A stretch of DNA of 64,000 nucleotides, taken from assembly GCA_963807165.1 (NCBI GenBank), contig CAWDZM010000001.1, positions 641,471 through 705,470 of the forward strand, given 5' to 3'. Under the pieces are notes generated by a model that was given only the letters and a program-made list of their open reading frames with translations, was not told where the DNA came from and made no database searches. The stretch is from an uncultured bacterium (GTDB lineage: Bacteria; Patescibacteriota; Minisyncoccia; UBA6257; 2-01-FULL-56-20). The position numbers were made by a program, and so were the translations under genes. Positions 48,668 through 58,937 of the stretch are shown here, in pieces. Each line of letters begins with the position of its first letter. Within the stretch, counting starts at the first letter, position 1.

Positions 48668-49738
48668 ATGTTCCCATTTTTTAAAGAAGCATCATATCTT
48701 GGCGTTGATATCGGCACGACCTCCATCAAAATGGTCGAGGTTGTGGCGGGAAAGAAGGCGCCGCGCGTCGTGAATTACGGCGAGCTGGAATCGAGCGGCT
48801 ATCTCGCACGCGCCAACCAGGCGCTGCAGACGAGCGGTTTAAAGATATTTGAGGAAGATGCGGTAGCATTACTCAAAGCCCTCGTGAAACAACTTGCGCC
48901 GGCGACGCAGGATGTAATCGCCTCACTGCCGCCATTCGATGTCTTTATGACCCTCGTCGATTTCCCTGCGATGGAGGCAAAGGACGTCGCGAAGGCGTTG
49001 GTCTATCAGGCAAAGCAATATGTGCCGATGCCGCTTTCCGAAGTGGCGCTCGACTGGATGAAGATCGCAGATTATCAGGACGAGAAAGGATTCGCGCATC
49101 AGAAAATATTATTGATCTCCGTCCCGCAGGAACAAATCAAAAAATATCAGCGGATGTTTGCCGCAGCAGGATTGCGCTTGCGTGCGCTCGAGATCGAATC
49201 GCTTTCCATCGCGCGCATCTTTTCCGGCGATCCTACGCCGACGACCATCGTGGATATCGGCTCCCGATCCACGAATATTATTTTCATGGAAAAAGGCGTC
49301 CTCGCGTGGAGTTCGCAGAGCGATATCGCCGCGTCATCGCTCACGCAGGCGCTCGCGACGAGTCTGGGAATCAATCCCATGCGTGCGGAAGAGCTCAAAA
49401 AAGAGCGGGGGATACTTGGCACCGGTCCTAACTACGAGTTATCCACAATAATGATGCCGTTTTTAGATGGTATAGTTAATGAAGTGAAGAAGGCTACTTA
49501 TAGCTACCGCCAGCAGTTCCCTACAGCAACGGTGGCGGAGCGGATTATCCTTACCGGGGGAGGCGCGAACCTTTCCGGTATCGAAAAATATTTCGAAAAG
49601 GGATTTGGGATCCCCGTGGTAAAGGCAACTCCCTTTTCACGGTTTGAATGCCCCGATGCGATCGCGCCATTTATTCCCGAGCTTGGCGCTCCAATGACGG
49701 TCGCCCTCGGGCTTGGAATGAAGCAGTTCGTCAAATAA
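48668..49738 (+). CDS. pilM: type IV pilus assembly protein PilM (actin-like ATPase)
   Basis: LGVDIGTTSIKMVEV N-terminus with an FtsA/actin fold pattern. Confidence 0.85.
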   Translation: MFPFFKEASYLGVDIGTTSIKMVEVVAGKKAPRVVNYGELESSGYLARANQALQTSGLKIFEEDAVALLKALVKQLAPATQDVIASLPPFDVFMTLVDFPAMEAKDVAKALVYQAKQYVPMPLSEVALDWMKIADYQDEKGFAHQKILLISVPQEQIKKYQRMFAAAGLRLRALEIESLSIARIFSGDPTPTTIVDIGSRSTNIIFMEKGVLAWSSQSDIAASSLTQALATSLGINPMRAEELKKERGILGTGPNYELSTIMMPFLDGIVNEVKKATYSYRQQFPTATVAERIILTGGGANLSGIEKYFEKGFGIPVVKATPFSRFECPDAIAPFIPELGAPMTVALGLGMKQFVK

Positions 49739-49748
49739 TATATTTATC

Positions 49749-50309
49749 ATGCCACTTCCAGAAAAAGTAATTGAACAATTAGGACGGGAAACTTCTGAGA
49801 CGCAAGGATGGGCGACGGGTGCCCTGTTCTTTTCCGGCGCTATACTTTTTCTCGCCGTGGCCATCTACGTCGGACTTACCTTTGGCTATGAACCTTATTT
49901 GCAAGGCCAGCTGGCAAACGTGCAAAGTCAGGTGAGCGCCCAGGAAAAATCTATCTCCACGAGCCAGCAATCTCAGCTAATCGATTTTTATTCGCAAATT
50001 GCGAACCTTCAGACATTATTAAAAAATCACATACTTTCTTCACAATTCTTTTCATGGCTTGAGCAGAACACCGAGGCGAACGTTTATTATCAATCGATCA
50101 CGCGCACCCCAGGCGGCCAGATCACGCTTACTGGCACGGGCAAATCCGAAGCGGACGTAAACCAGCAAATCGCCATCTTCGAGAACTCGCCGGAGGTTTC
50201 ATCGGTGACCGTTTCCAGTGTTACCGCTCCACAACTGCTTCAGACGGGATGGAATTTTAGCCTCACCCTTATTATGAATCCGTCGGTATTTTTAGCCGCT
50301 CAACAATAA
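49749..50309 (+). CDS. pilN: type IV pilus assembly protein PilN-like (bitopic)
   Basis: Single N-terminal TM then a periplasmic domain. Position is directly after pilM. Confidence 0.65.
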   Translation: MPLPEKVIEQLGRETSETQGWATGALFFSGAILFLAVAIYVGLTFGYEPYLQGQLANVQSQVSAQEKSISTSQQSQLIDFYSQIANLQTLLKNHILSSQFFSWLEQNTEANVYYQSITRTPGGQITLTGTGKSEADVNQQIAIFENSPEVSSVTVSSVTAPQLLQTGWNFSLTLIMNPSVFLAAQQ

Positions 50310-50310
50310 T

Positions 50311-50946
50311 ATGAAACAAGGGACAAAACGACTTTCCAGTATTATCATCGCGGCGCTCATCCTTGCCGGGGCGCTCGTGGTCTACTTCGAATTCATCGTA
50401 CCTGCCTATGCCAGCCTTGAGATGGTAAAAGGACAGGAACAGAGCGAGCAGACGTTATACGCGAACGAGACACAGATTGTCGGCCAGATAAAAAATTTGC
50501 TTGCGACGTACCAGGGTGATGCGACATCGAGTCAGTCGGTCGCGATGGCATTGCCGGTGGGGTCGGATGTTTCGGGCGCGCTCGCCCAGATCTACGGTAT
50601 CGCCGCGAACTCCGGCGTTACCATTCAGCAGACGGCGATTTCGATCCAGGCGGTGCAGGCAATCGCCTCGTCCGGTTCCACTGATTCCACAAGCGGACTC
50701 GCAAGCGCGGCTGCGGCGGGATCTATCGTCAAGCCGACCGGCACGGTTTCCGTTCAGGTAAGCGGCTCCGGCAGTTATGAATCATTCAAAAATTTTCTCC
50801 ACGGGCTGGAAACAAACATCCGCATCTTTGACGTGAACGCAATATCATTGCAACCTGCAGCAGTTCTTTCCACAAAGACACAAGCGGCGAATCCTGACAT
50901 GTTCAATTACACTATAACGGTCGTAACGTATTATCAGGCATCATAA
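50311..50946 (+). CDS. pilO: type IV pilus assembly protein PilO-like (bitopic)
   Basis: Single TM, coiled-coil and a periplasmic domain. Ordered pilM-N-O. Confidence 0.55.
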   Translation: MKQGTKRLSSIIIAALILAGALVVYFEFIVPAYASLEMVKGQEQSEQTLYANETQIVGQIKNLLATYQGDATSSQSVAMALPVGSDVSGALAQIYGIAANSGVTIQQTAISIQAVQAIASSGSTDSTSGLASAAAAGSIVKPTGTVSVQVSGSGSYESFKNFLHGLETNIRIFDVNAISLQPAAVLSTKTQAANPDMFNYTITVVTYYQAS

Positions 50947-50950
50947 CATT

Positions 50951-51250
50951 ATGGCTATTATTGTTGATGAAGGAGAAAAAAAGGGCAACGTATTGGGCAT
51001 CTTCGGATGGCTGATATTCTTGGGCATCGTTGCCGCGACGGTATATTATGTATTTTTTGCCCAGCCGCAGTTGGTGCCCGTCACGGCGAGCGGGAGTCTA
51101 AGTGCCATCGCGCCTATCGCACAACTCGCGTTGCATCCCGAGTCCGTCGTACAAGGTCCGGCGTTTCAGTCATTGGTCTCTAGTGTCCCATTGCCAACCC
51201 CCCAGGGTCCGGCGGCCGTTGGTCGCTCGAATCCATTCATCGCACCGTAA
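50951..51250 (+). CDS. small membrane protein, pilus-locus associated
   Basis: One TM helix GIFGWLIFLGIVAATVYYVFF, then a terminator. Confidence 0.4.
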   Translation: MAIIVDEGEKKGNVLGIFGWLIFLGIVAATVYYVFFAQPQLVPVTASGSLSAIAPIAQLALHPESVVQGPAFQSLVSSVPLPTPQGPAAVGRSNPFIAP

Positions 51251-51258
51251 GAGAAAAA

Positions 51259-51289
51259 AGAAACCCCACCGCTGTGGGGTTTCTTTTTA
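51259..51289 (+). terminator. rho-independent terminator (AAACCCCACcgctGTGGGGTTT + T-run)
   Basis: Stem plus U-run. Confidence 0.55.
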
Positions 51290-51312
51290 TGCCAGCGTGT
51301 TAGAATAAAGAC

Positions 51313-53031
51313 ATGACGAGTGATGAATTTTTGCAACAACTCCAAGCGCGGGGATTGATCACCGATGCGATCGCGGCGCGCCTTAAGCGCGATGCGATTG
51401 TCGGCAATGAATCGGCGGAGGATATCATCGGCCGCGAGCGGATCGTTCCCGATGAACAGGTCGCGGCGCTTAAAAGCGAGCTGCTCAAGGTTCCGTATAA
51501 AAAGATAGATCCCGAGGCGCTCGACGCGAAGCTCATGGGGTTTGTGCCGGAAGAGACCGCGCGTACCTATCACGCGATTCCGATCAGTCTACAAGATGGA
51601 CTGCTCATCGTTGGTATGTTGCATCCCGATGATCCGAAGGCGCAGGACGCGATGAAGTTCATCGCGCGACAGAATCATATCAATCTTGGAGTTTATCTTA
51701 TTTCATACAACGACCTCCAGGCGGCACTGCGGAAATATTCCCCGTATCGTGCGGAGATCGAGCAGGCGGTGCAGTCGCTCAATATAAAAGAGGGATCGGG
51801 CGGCCAGCAGGCGATCGAGCTCGAGGGCGGCGACAGTGCGGATGCGCCTATCATCAAGATCGTTGCGGATACATTCAAGGAAGCGGTGTTGAACAAAGCG
51901 TCCGACGTGCACATCGAACCGCAGCAGAAATCGTTGCGTATCCGCTTGCGTATTGATGGCGACTTACGCGAAGTGGCATCACTGCCGGTGGAACTTGCCC
52001 AACCGATCACGTCACGCGTGAAGGTTATTTCAAATTTAAAGATCGACGAGACGCGTGTGCCACAGGACGGTCGCTTCCGCGCAAAACTTTTTGATCGCAA
52101 CGTCGACTTCCGTGTTGCCACGTTTCCGACGCCGCTCGGCGAGAAGATCGCCATTCGCGTGCTTGATCCTTCGACCGGCTTGAAGAGTTTTGAAAAATTA
52201 GATCTGCTCGATCCGACGCGCGAGGTTATTAAAAAAGGGTTGGATAAGCCGTTCGGTATGGTGCTTATCACGGGTCCGACCGGTTCCGGAAAAACGACGA
52301 CGCTTTACGCGTTTTTGCAAACGCTCAACACCGAGGATGTGAATATCGTTTCACTCGAAGACCCGGTGGAATATTTCGTTTCCGGCATCAACCAGTCGCA
52401 GGTGCGACCGGAGATCGGCTACGACTTTGCATCGGGTTTGCGTCAGATTCTGCGCCAGGACCCAGACGTTATTATGGTCGGTGAAATCCGTGACAATGAG
52501 ACCGCCGGGCTTGCGGTGCAGGCGGCGCTCACCGGACACGTCGTGCTTTCCACGCTCCACACCAACAACAGCGCCGGCGTCATTCCGCGTCTCATCGATA
52601 TGAAGGTGGAGCCGTTTCTGCTTCCGGTGTCGCTCAGCTTGATCATCGCCCAACGTCTTGTGGGAGTGCTTTGCCCGGATTGCAAAGCTCCCGAGGCCGC
52701 CCCGCCGGAAGTGCAAAAGATCGTCGCGCAAGCGCTCGAAGGGTTGCCCTCAAGCGTTATCGCGCAGTTTACCGCGCCGTACCAGATTTACCACGCAAAA
52801 GGCTGCGCCACGTGCAAGGGCCGCGGCGTTGTTGGCCGCACCGGAATTTACGAGGCATTCCTCGTCACCAAGGAGATCGAGGATGTCGTCAGCTCCGGCG
52901 TTACCACACAAAAGATCACCGCGCAGGCAAAGGCGCAGGGTATGATCACGCTTCGCCAGGATGGTATCGTGAAAGCGCTAAAGGGAGTGGTTTCGATAGA
53001 GGAGATCATCAGAGAGACGGAGGAGGCGTAG
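51313..53031 (+). CDS. pilB: type IV pilus assembly ATPase PilB (GspE family)
   Basis: Walker A GPTGSGKTTT, Asp/His boxes and a C-terminal tetracysteine (CPDC...CATC). Confidence 0.9.
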   Translation: MTSDEFLQQLQARGLITDAIAARLKRDAIVGNESAEDIIGRERIVPDEQVAALKSELLKVPYKKIDPEALDAKLMGFVPEETARTYHAIPISLQDGLLIVGMLHPDDPKAQDAMKFIARQNHINLGVYLISYNDLQAALRKYSPYRAEIEQAVQSLNIKEGSGGQQAIELEGGDSADAPIIKIVADTFKEAVLNKASDVHIEPQQKSLRIRLRIDGDLREVASLPVELAQPITSRVKVISNLKIDETRVPQDGRFRAKLFDRNVDFRVATFPTPLGEKIAIRVLDPSTGLKSFEKLDLLDPTREVIKKGLDKPFGMVLITGPTGSGKTTTLYAFLQTLNTEDVNIVSLEDPVEYFVSGINQSQVRPEIGYDFASGLRQILRQDPDVIMVGEIRDNETAGLAVQAALTGHVVLSTLHTNNSAGVIPRLIDMKVEPFLLPVSLSLIIAQRLVGVLCPDCKAPEAAPPEVQKIVAQALEGLPSSVIAQFTAPYQIYHAKGCATCKGRGVVGRTGIYEAFLVTKEIEDVVSSGVTTQKITAQAKAQGMITLRQDGIVKALKGVVSIEEIIRETEEA

Positions 53032-53069
53032 GAGACCGTAGAGATTGTCCCCGGTTCATTCATGCTCAT

Positions 53070-53178
53070 TTCAGCTTAGCGCCAATAAATTCAACGTTTT
53101 AAAATCACAATCTGTGATTTTAAAACGTAACAATATCCGCCGTTCTTTGCTGTATACCTGTAGCGAGCGAGGGCTTGG
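53070..53178 (+). pseudogene. decayed fragment of an ORF6N-domain gene retaining the internal palindrome (53095-53127)
   Basis: ~65-70% nt identity to 39985-40095 of the intact ORF6N gene. It would translate FQLSANKFNVLKSQSVILKRNNIRRSLLYTCSERGLG. Confidence 0.5.
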
Positions 53179-53252
53179 ATATGCCTCAATTTTATAATTA
53201 ATATTTAATCCTCCCATTCACCTTACTTCTCTTGATGTGGTAATATTATCTT

Positions 53253-54326
53253 ATGGATGATTTCAAACAGCAGCTCAACGATCTTTTGACGACGACGGCG
53301 AAGCAGAATGCGTCGGACCTTCACCTTGCGGTGGGGCGCAAGCCGACGTTGCGTATTGATGGCGTGCTGATCCCACTGGAGAAAGAGCCGGTTATGACGC
53401 CGGAGTCGGCGGAGGGAATCATCTCGCAGCTGCTCACGCCGGAGCAAAAGACGAAGCTCATCACTCAACGGCAGGTGGACTTCGCATACAGCTTGGAGGA
53501 CAAGGCACGGTTCCGCGTGAACGTTTATTTCCAGCGCGGCTATTTGGCGGCGGCGCTTCGGCTCATCCCTACGCGCATCAAGACGATCGAAGAGTTGAAT
53601 CTTCCGCCGCTTTTGCACGACTTCGCACAGCTTTCCCAGGGCTTCGTGCTGGTGGTGGGCCCCGCCGGACACGGAAAATCTTCCACGCTTGCGGCGATGG
53701 TGGATGAGATCAACCACACGCGCACTGATCACATTATCACGATCGAGGATCCGGTGGAATATCTTTTTACGCAGGACAAGTGCATCGTCTCGCAGCGCGA
53801 GGTGGGCAGTGATGCCACGAGCTTTCACTCGGCGCTCCGCACCGTTCTGCGCCAGGATCCGGACGTCGTGATGATCGGCGAGATGCGCGATGCGGTCTCC
53901 ATCGGCACGGCCATGACCGCTTCCGAAACCGGGCACTTGGTTGTTTCAACATTGCATACCAATTCCGCGTCGCAGACGATCGATCGTATCATCGACTCAT
54001 TCCCCGCAGAACAGCAGGGACAGGTCACGTCACAGCTCGCCGCGACACTTGTCGCCATCGTTTCGATCCGCTTGCTCCCGCGCATTTCCGGCGGCCGTAT
54101 TCCGGCGATGGAGATCATGATCGTCAACCCGGCTATCCGCAATCTTATCCGCGAGCGCAAAACGTATCAGATCGATCTCGTGATCGAAACGAGCTTGCAG
54201 GAGGGGATGGTCACGCTCAACCGCTCACTGGTTAATTTGATCAAGAATAAAGAGATCACATTAGAAAACGGCGAGTTGTATTCACTCAATCCGTCGGAGC
54301 TACGCATTCTATTAGAAAGAACATAA
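53253..54326 (+). CDS. pilT: twitching-motility ATPase PilT
   Basis: Walker A GPAGHGKSST and ~350 aa length. No N-terminal GspE-N domain. Confidence 0.9.
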   Translation: MDDFKQQLNDLLTTTAKQNASDLHLAVGRKPTLRIDGVLIPLEKEPVMTPESAEGIISQLLTPEQKTKLITQRQVDFAYSLEDKARFRVNVYFQRGYLAAALRLIPTRIKTIEELNLPPLLHDFAQLSQGFVLVVGPAGHGKSSTLAAMVDEINHTRTDHIITIEDPVEYLFTQDKCIVSQREVGSDATSFHSALRTVLRQDPDVVMIGEMRDAVSIGTAMTASETGHLVVSTLHTNSASQTIDRIIDSFPAEQQGQVTSQLAATLVAIVSIRLLPRISGGRIPAMEIMIVNPAIRNLIRERKTYQIDLVIETSLQEGMVTLNRSLVNLIKNKEITLENGELYSLNPSELRILLERT

Positions 54327-54353
54327 AAATGAGGGCGATCTCTCGTTGTCTTC

Positions 54354-55565
54354 ATGAAATTTAAATATCAGGCCAAGACAAAAGAGGGCGCGACGCAGGT
54401 GGGTTTTGTGGAGGCGGCGGACCGCGATGCGGCGAGTGCGATCCTTTCGAGCCACGATCTTTTTGTACTGAGCGTCGTCGCGAATCGTCCGCCGACCCTG
54501 CTCGACCACATCGCGGGATTTTTTGGCCGGGTGGGAAATAAAGATCTCATCGTGTTCACGCGTCAGCTTGCGACATTACTTGAGGCGCGGCTCCCCTTGA
54601 ACAACGCGCTGAAGATCTTGCACGAACAGACGACGAACCCGCGATTGAAAGATGCCATCTCGCAGGTGACTGATGACATCGATGCGGGGGTATCGTTCTC
54701 GCAGGCGATGGAACGCCAGAAAGAGGTCTTTCCTGACTACTATACTGAGATGGTGCGCGCCGCGGAGGTCACGGGTAATTTGAACGAGGTCGCGGTATTC
54801 CTTGCCGACTATACGGAGAAGCAGGGCGATCTTGCGAGTAAGGCGTCATCGGCACTCGTGTATCCTGGCATCGTTGTCGGGTTGTTTGTCGTCGTCGCAT
54901 TCATCTTGTTGACGTTCGTGTATCCATCGCTTGGCGGCGTGTTTGCAGAGAATGGCGTGGCGCTCCCGTGGTATACGCAGGTGTTGCTGGACACCGGAAC
55001 ATTCCTTAACAAATGGTGGATCGTCGTCGTGGTCGGCGTGGCCGTGCTCGGTGCAGTGGCTTTCAACTATTCCCAAAGCGATGAAGGAAAATCGTTGATC
55101 GACGAAATGAAGATCCGTCTGCCGCTCGTTAAAAAAGTATATTCGCCGGTCATTATGGCACAATTCGGCAACTCCGCGGCCTTGCTCGTGCACGGCGGCA
55201 TCCCCGTTGCACAAGCGCTCGAGATCATCGGGCACATGATAGACAACGTGCGCTACCGCGAGATCATTCACGACATCGCAGAGGATGTCCGGCAGGGACT
55301 TCTGCTTTCGCAGAGCATCGCAAAATATCCGGAATATTTCCCGGCACTCGTTTCGCAGATGGTGGCGGTGGGGGAGACGACGGGCAAAATCGAGGAGATG
55401 TTCACCCGCCTTTCCGGCATCTATACCCGCGAGGCGGATCAGATCACGAATAATTTGGTGGACCTTATTCAGCCGGTGCTCATGATTGGCATCGGCGTGA
55501 TGGTAGGCCTGCTCTTTGCCTCCATCCTTATCCCCATTTACAACCTCACGGACAGCATCCACTAG
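54354..55565 (+). CDS. pilC: type IV pilus platform protein PilC (GspF family)
   Basis: Two GspF repeats and three TM segments. Confidence 0.85.
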   Translation: MKFKYQAKTKEGATQVGFVEAADRDAASAILSSHDLFVLSVVANRPPTLLDHIAGFFGRVGNKDLIVFTRQLATLLEARLPLNNALKILHEQTTNPRLKDAISQVTDDIDAGVSFSQAMERQKEVFPDYYTEMVRAAEVTGNLNEVAVFLADYTEKQGDLASKASSALVYPGIVVGLFVVVAFILLTFVYPSLGGVFAENGVALPWYTQVLLDTGTFLNKWWIVVVVGVAVLGAVAFNYSQSDEGKSLIDEMKIRLPLVKKVYSPVIMAQFGNSAALLVHGGIPVAQALEIIGHMIDNVRYREIIHDIAEDVRQGLLLSQSIAKYPEYFPALVSQMVAVGETTGKIEEMFTRLSGIYTREADQITNNLVDLIQPVLMIGIGVMVGLLFASILIPIYNLTDSIH

Positions 55566-55627
55566 ATGCTATAATAGAAAGGTCACTCTATTATTCAAAA
55601 GGTCGAGAAAGATTTCTGTCTAAAAAA

Positions 55628-56125
55628 ATGATTAAAAACACAAGAAAGGGCTTTACCCTCATTGAAATCTTGATCGTCGTTGCCATCATCGCCATCTTGG
55701 CGTCGGTCGTGTTGGTGGGCCTTGGCCCGACCCAGCAGGCTGGCCGCGACGCACGCAGACTTTCCGATTTGCACGAAGTGCAGAACGGATTGGAATTGTA
55801 CTATAACAAGAATGGTGCGTATCCGATTCCGAGCCCTGCGAGTTGGGGTTCAGCATCGACCGCAGGATCGCTTTCCGCGGATCTCATCAGTGCCGGTGTG
55901 GGTATTACCTCTATCCCGAATGACCCGAGCAGCGGAAAGAATTATGTTTATGGCTGGGGTCCGGCTGCTACCACTTATGAACTTGCCGCAACTATGGAAA
56001 GCGCCAATGGTTCCGAGTGGGTGAATTATTCCGCGCCGACCGCACTCAGCGCGGGTGGGGGCGTTACCGATGGTGCGACGCTTACCTGCACGCAAGCCTC
56101 TCTGCAGTACTGCGTCTCCTTATAA
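55628..56125 (+). CDS. type IV (major) pilin, class III signal peptide
   Basis: KGFTLIEILIVVAIIAILASVV prepilin N-terminus. AAAAGGTCGAGAAAG motif in the 5' UTR. Confidence 0.8.
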   Translation: MIKNTRKGFTLIEILIVVAIIAILASVVLVGLGPTQQAGRDARRLSDLHEVQNGLELYYNKNGAYPIPSPASWGSASTAGSLSADLISAGVGITSIPNDPSSGKNYVYGWGPAATTYELAATMESANGSEWVNYSAPTALSAGGGVTDGATLTCTQASLQYCVSL

Positions 56126-56205
56126 ATTTCATCAGGAAATTTATTCTCAAAACTCCCGCTTCGGCGGGTTTTTTGATGCCCGGCGATTTCTGTTAGAATA
56201 GAGGA

Positions 56206-57009
56206 ATGCTTTGGCTCATCCTCTTTCTCTTCGGTATCGCGATCGGCAGTTTTTTAAATGTTGTCATCTTGCGCTATGATGGCGAACATTTTTTGTTCGA
56301 CGCAAAGATGATCGGTGGGCGATCGCATTGCATGCACTGCAAGGAAACATTGCGATGGTTCGAGCTCGTGCCGCTTTTCAGCTTTCTTATTCAGGGCGGC
56401 CGATGCCGTCGATGCAAGGCGCAGCTAAACATCCAGTACCCGATCGTGGAACTCATCTCGGGACTCGTCTTTATATTCGTTCCGTTTATGTTCGGTATCG
56501 GAACGGCATCCACCGCGCTCATTATTTTTATCGCCGCGCTATGGATAGCGATCCTGGAGGCATTGCTTGTTATGTCGTTGATTGATATCCGGCTTGGTAT
56601 CATCCCGGATGAGATCAATATTTTTCTCGGAGTGATCGGGATCGCGCTCATACTATTCGCGAGTGGCGGTGAGGTGTGGGTGATGCTCGCAAGGGTGATC
56701 GGTGCGGCAGGCGCCGGCGTGTTTTTTGCCGGACTCATTGCCGTCACGCGTGGCAAAGGGATGGGCATGGGCGATCTCAAGCTTGCGATCCCACTCGGAC
56801 TTATCTTTGGCTGGCCGGATATCGCACTGGTGCTTGTACTCGCATTCGTCATCGGCGCCATCATCGGTGTGATCACGATCGCGTTTGGAAAGAACAGTAT
56901 GAAGGGCACGCTTCCATTCGGGCCATTCCTCGCGCTCGGCGCCGCGGCAACATTTTTTTGGGGTGCTCCGATCCTCGGCTGGTATCTTTCGCTACTCGGT
57001 ATCCGGTAA
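56206..57009 (+). CDS. pilD: prepilin peptidase PilD (A24 family)
   Basis: N-terminal CxxC...CxxC zinc cluster (CMHC...CRRC) and two catalytic Asp-containing TM regions. Confidence 0.85.
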   Translation: MLWLILFLFGIAIGSFLNVVILRYDGEHFLFDAKMIGGRSHCMHCKETLRWFELVPLFSFLIQGGRCRRCKAQLNIQYPIVELISGLVFIFVPFMFGIGTASTALIIFIAALWIAILEALLVMSLIDIRLGIIPDEINIFLGVIGIALILFASGGEVWVMLARVIGAAGAGVFFAGLIAVTRGKGMGMGDLKLAIPLGLIFGWPDIALVLVLAFVIGAIIGVITIAFGKNSMKGTLPFGPFLALGAAATFFWGAPILGWYLSLLGIR

Positions 57010-57051
57010 TTTTCTATCGCAGCGTCCGCGAGGAAATGATAGAATACTCCT

Positions 57052-57663
57052 ATGGGAAACGGCGCAGACAAAAAAGGTTTCACGTTAGTAGAGATGCTCA
57101 TCGTCCTCGCGATCACCGCGTTGCTTTCGGGGCTTGCCATCGTTTATACGCATGTCGGGCAGAATCAGATCGCGCTCTCGATCGAGGAATCAAAGATCGC
57201 CCAGCTTATTCTCCAGGCGCGGGAGCTTTCCGTCGCGACATATAGCACGGATAATGCCACGTGCGCCTACGGCGTGGCATTCAATTACGCGAGTTCCAGC
57301 TATTCGCTCTTTGAATACAATGCCGCAGTGAGCTTGCCATCCTACCCTGGCCGGCCGATATGTCCATCACTCGCAAGCACGACCGCCGCAGGCGCGGTCG
57401 ATCCAAGCGTAATGGATATTTATGAGAGCGGAAGCTGGCAGGTCCATACCGCGCAGGGCGTCGTGTTGGATAATGACGGTGCCGCGAGCGACACTATTCA
57501 GTACGTGCTCTTTTATCCGCCTGATCCGTTCACTGCTATCGATCTTTCTAGTAATGACACCTTCCAATATCCCGCGCCAACGGCGTACGTCTATTTAAGT
57601 ACCACGGATGGAAGCGATTCACGCACGATCACCGTCAACTCCGCAGGGCAAGTAAGTCTATAG
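57052..57663 (+). CDS. minor pilin / pseudopilin (prepilin N-terminus)
   Basis: KKGFTLVEMLIVLAITALL. Confidence 0.7.
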   Translation: MGNGADKKGFTLVEMLIVLAITALLSGLAIVYTHVGQNQIALSIEESKIAQLILQARELSVATYSTDNATCAYGVAFNYASSSYSLFEYNAAVSLPSYPGRPICPSLASTTAAGAVDPSVMDIYESGSWQVHTAQGVVLDNDGAASDTIQYVLFYPPDPFTAIDLSSNDTFQYPAPTAYVYLSTTDGSDSRTITVNSAGQVSL

Positions 57664-57665
57664 CC

Positions 57666-58223
57666 ATGAATACCCACTTTCATTCCCGCCGCGGTCAGAC
57701 GCTCGTTGAGGCGCTTGTCGCGCTCAGCATTTTAACGACGGGTTTTATCGGCATCGTCGGGCTTCTGACGAAATCATTTCAATTGAACCGGACAACGGGG
57801 AATGATACGCAGGCGACGTATCTTGCATCCGAGGGGATCGAGGTTGCAAAGAGTCTGATCGATCACGATGTATACACCGGACTGGCGGTTGGCAGTGATG
57901 ACTGGGGGCAGTGTTTTGATCTGGGCAGTGGCGCGACGGGGTATTTCAAGCTGGAGTACGATACGACGACATGTCCGCCGCCGGAATACTTCGGATCGAC
58001 AAATTATCTTTCCGATCCACTCTATTTCAATGCTTCGAGCGATGTTTATACCTACGATACGCTTGGCGCGGCGAAAACCAATTTTGCACGCGAGGTGGTG
58101 ATCACTATGCCTGCCGCGACGTATCCGAATGAGATCGACGTGCAGTCCACCGTTACGTGGACGGACGGCGGGCAGTCAAATACGATCACGCTGGAAGATC
58201 ATTTTTATAACTGGCATCCGTAA
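57666..58223 (+). CDS. minor pilin-like protein
   Basis: RRGQTLVEALVALSILTTGFIG prepilin-like N-terminus. Confidence 0.65.
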   Translation: MNTHFHSRRGQTLVEALVALSILTTGFIGIVGLLTKSFQLNRTTGNDTQATYLASEGIEVAKSLIDHDVYTGLAVGSDDWGQCFDLGSGATGYFKLEYDTTTCPPPEYFGSTNYLSDPLYFNASSDVYTYDTLGAAKTNFAREVVITMPAATYPNEIDVQSTVTWTDGGQSNTITLEDHFYNWHP

Positions 58224-58225
58224 AT

Positions 58226-58861
58226 ATGAATATGAATACAAACGCAAAAAAAGGATTCACGCTTATCGAGATGCTCGTCACGGTCGGGCTCTTTACCATC
58301 ATCATCACGATCGCGGTTGGGGGATTCACGAATGCGATCCGCACACAGAGCGAGGTGGCCTCGCTCATTTCCGCGCAGAGCAACGTGAGTATCGCGCTCG
58401 AGCAGATGGCGCGCCAGGTGCGCACGGGATATCTTTTCTGCAACGCGCCGGGAAATACGTTTGCAAATACGAATTCCGCCGCGCCGCAGTACGCGAACGG
58501 GGATTGCGGCTGTGTGTACAACACCGGCGATGTACCCGGTACGTGGACGTGCAACGCCATCGACTTCTATGACGCCGAAGGGGATCACATCGATTATTTT
58601 TTGCAAAACGGCGCGCTTATTGAAAGCTCAACACTGAGCGTCACTCCGCAGTCCGTCACGGGCAACGCCGTGTCGGTGAAGTATCTGCAGTTCAAGCTCT
58701 TTGGCCAGACGGAGGGCGATCAGTGGCCGCCGCGCGTTACCATTTCCATCGGCATTGCGCCGAGCTCCACCGACCCGGCGGTCTCGAATGACGTGCTCAA
58801 CTTGCAGACCACCGTGAGCGCGAGGGATATTGATTGCGCGCCCGGTACCTCACAGTGCTAG
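58226..58861 (+). CDS. minor pilin-like protein
   Basis: KKGFTLIEMLVTVGLFTIIITIAV prepilin N-terminus. Confidence 0.7.
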   Translation: MNMNTNAKKGFTLIEMLVTVGLFTIIITIAVGGFTNAIRTQSEVASLISAQSNVSIALEQMARQVRTGYLFCNAPGNTFANTNSAAPQYANGDCGCVYNTGDVPGTWTCNAIDFYDAEGDHIDYFLQNGALIESSTLSVTPQSVTGNAVSVKYLQFKLFGQTEGDQWPPRVTISIGIAPSSTDPAVSNDVLNLQTTVSARDIDCAPGTSQC

Positions 58862-58937
58862 GATTGTTGTCCATCGCCCGCGACGCCGGCGATTATCCAC
58901 AGCCCCCATTTACCCCGCATCTGTTACTATTAGTAAT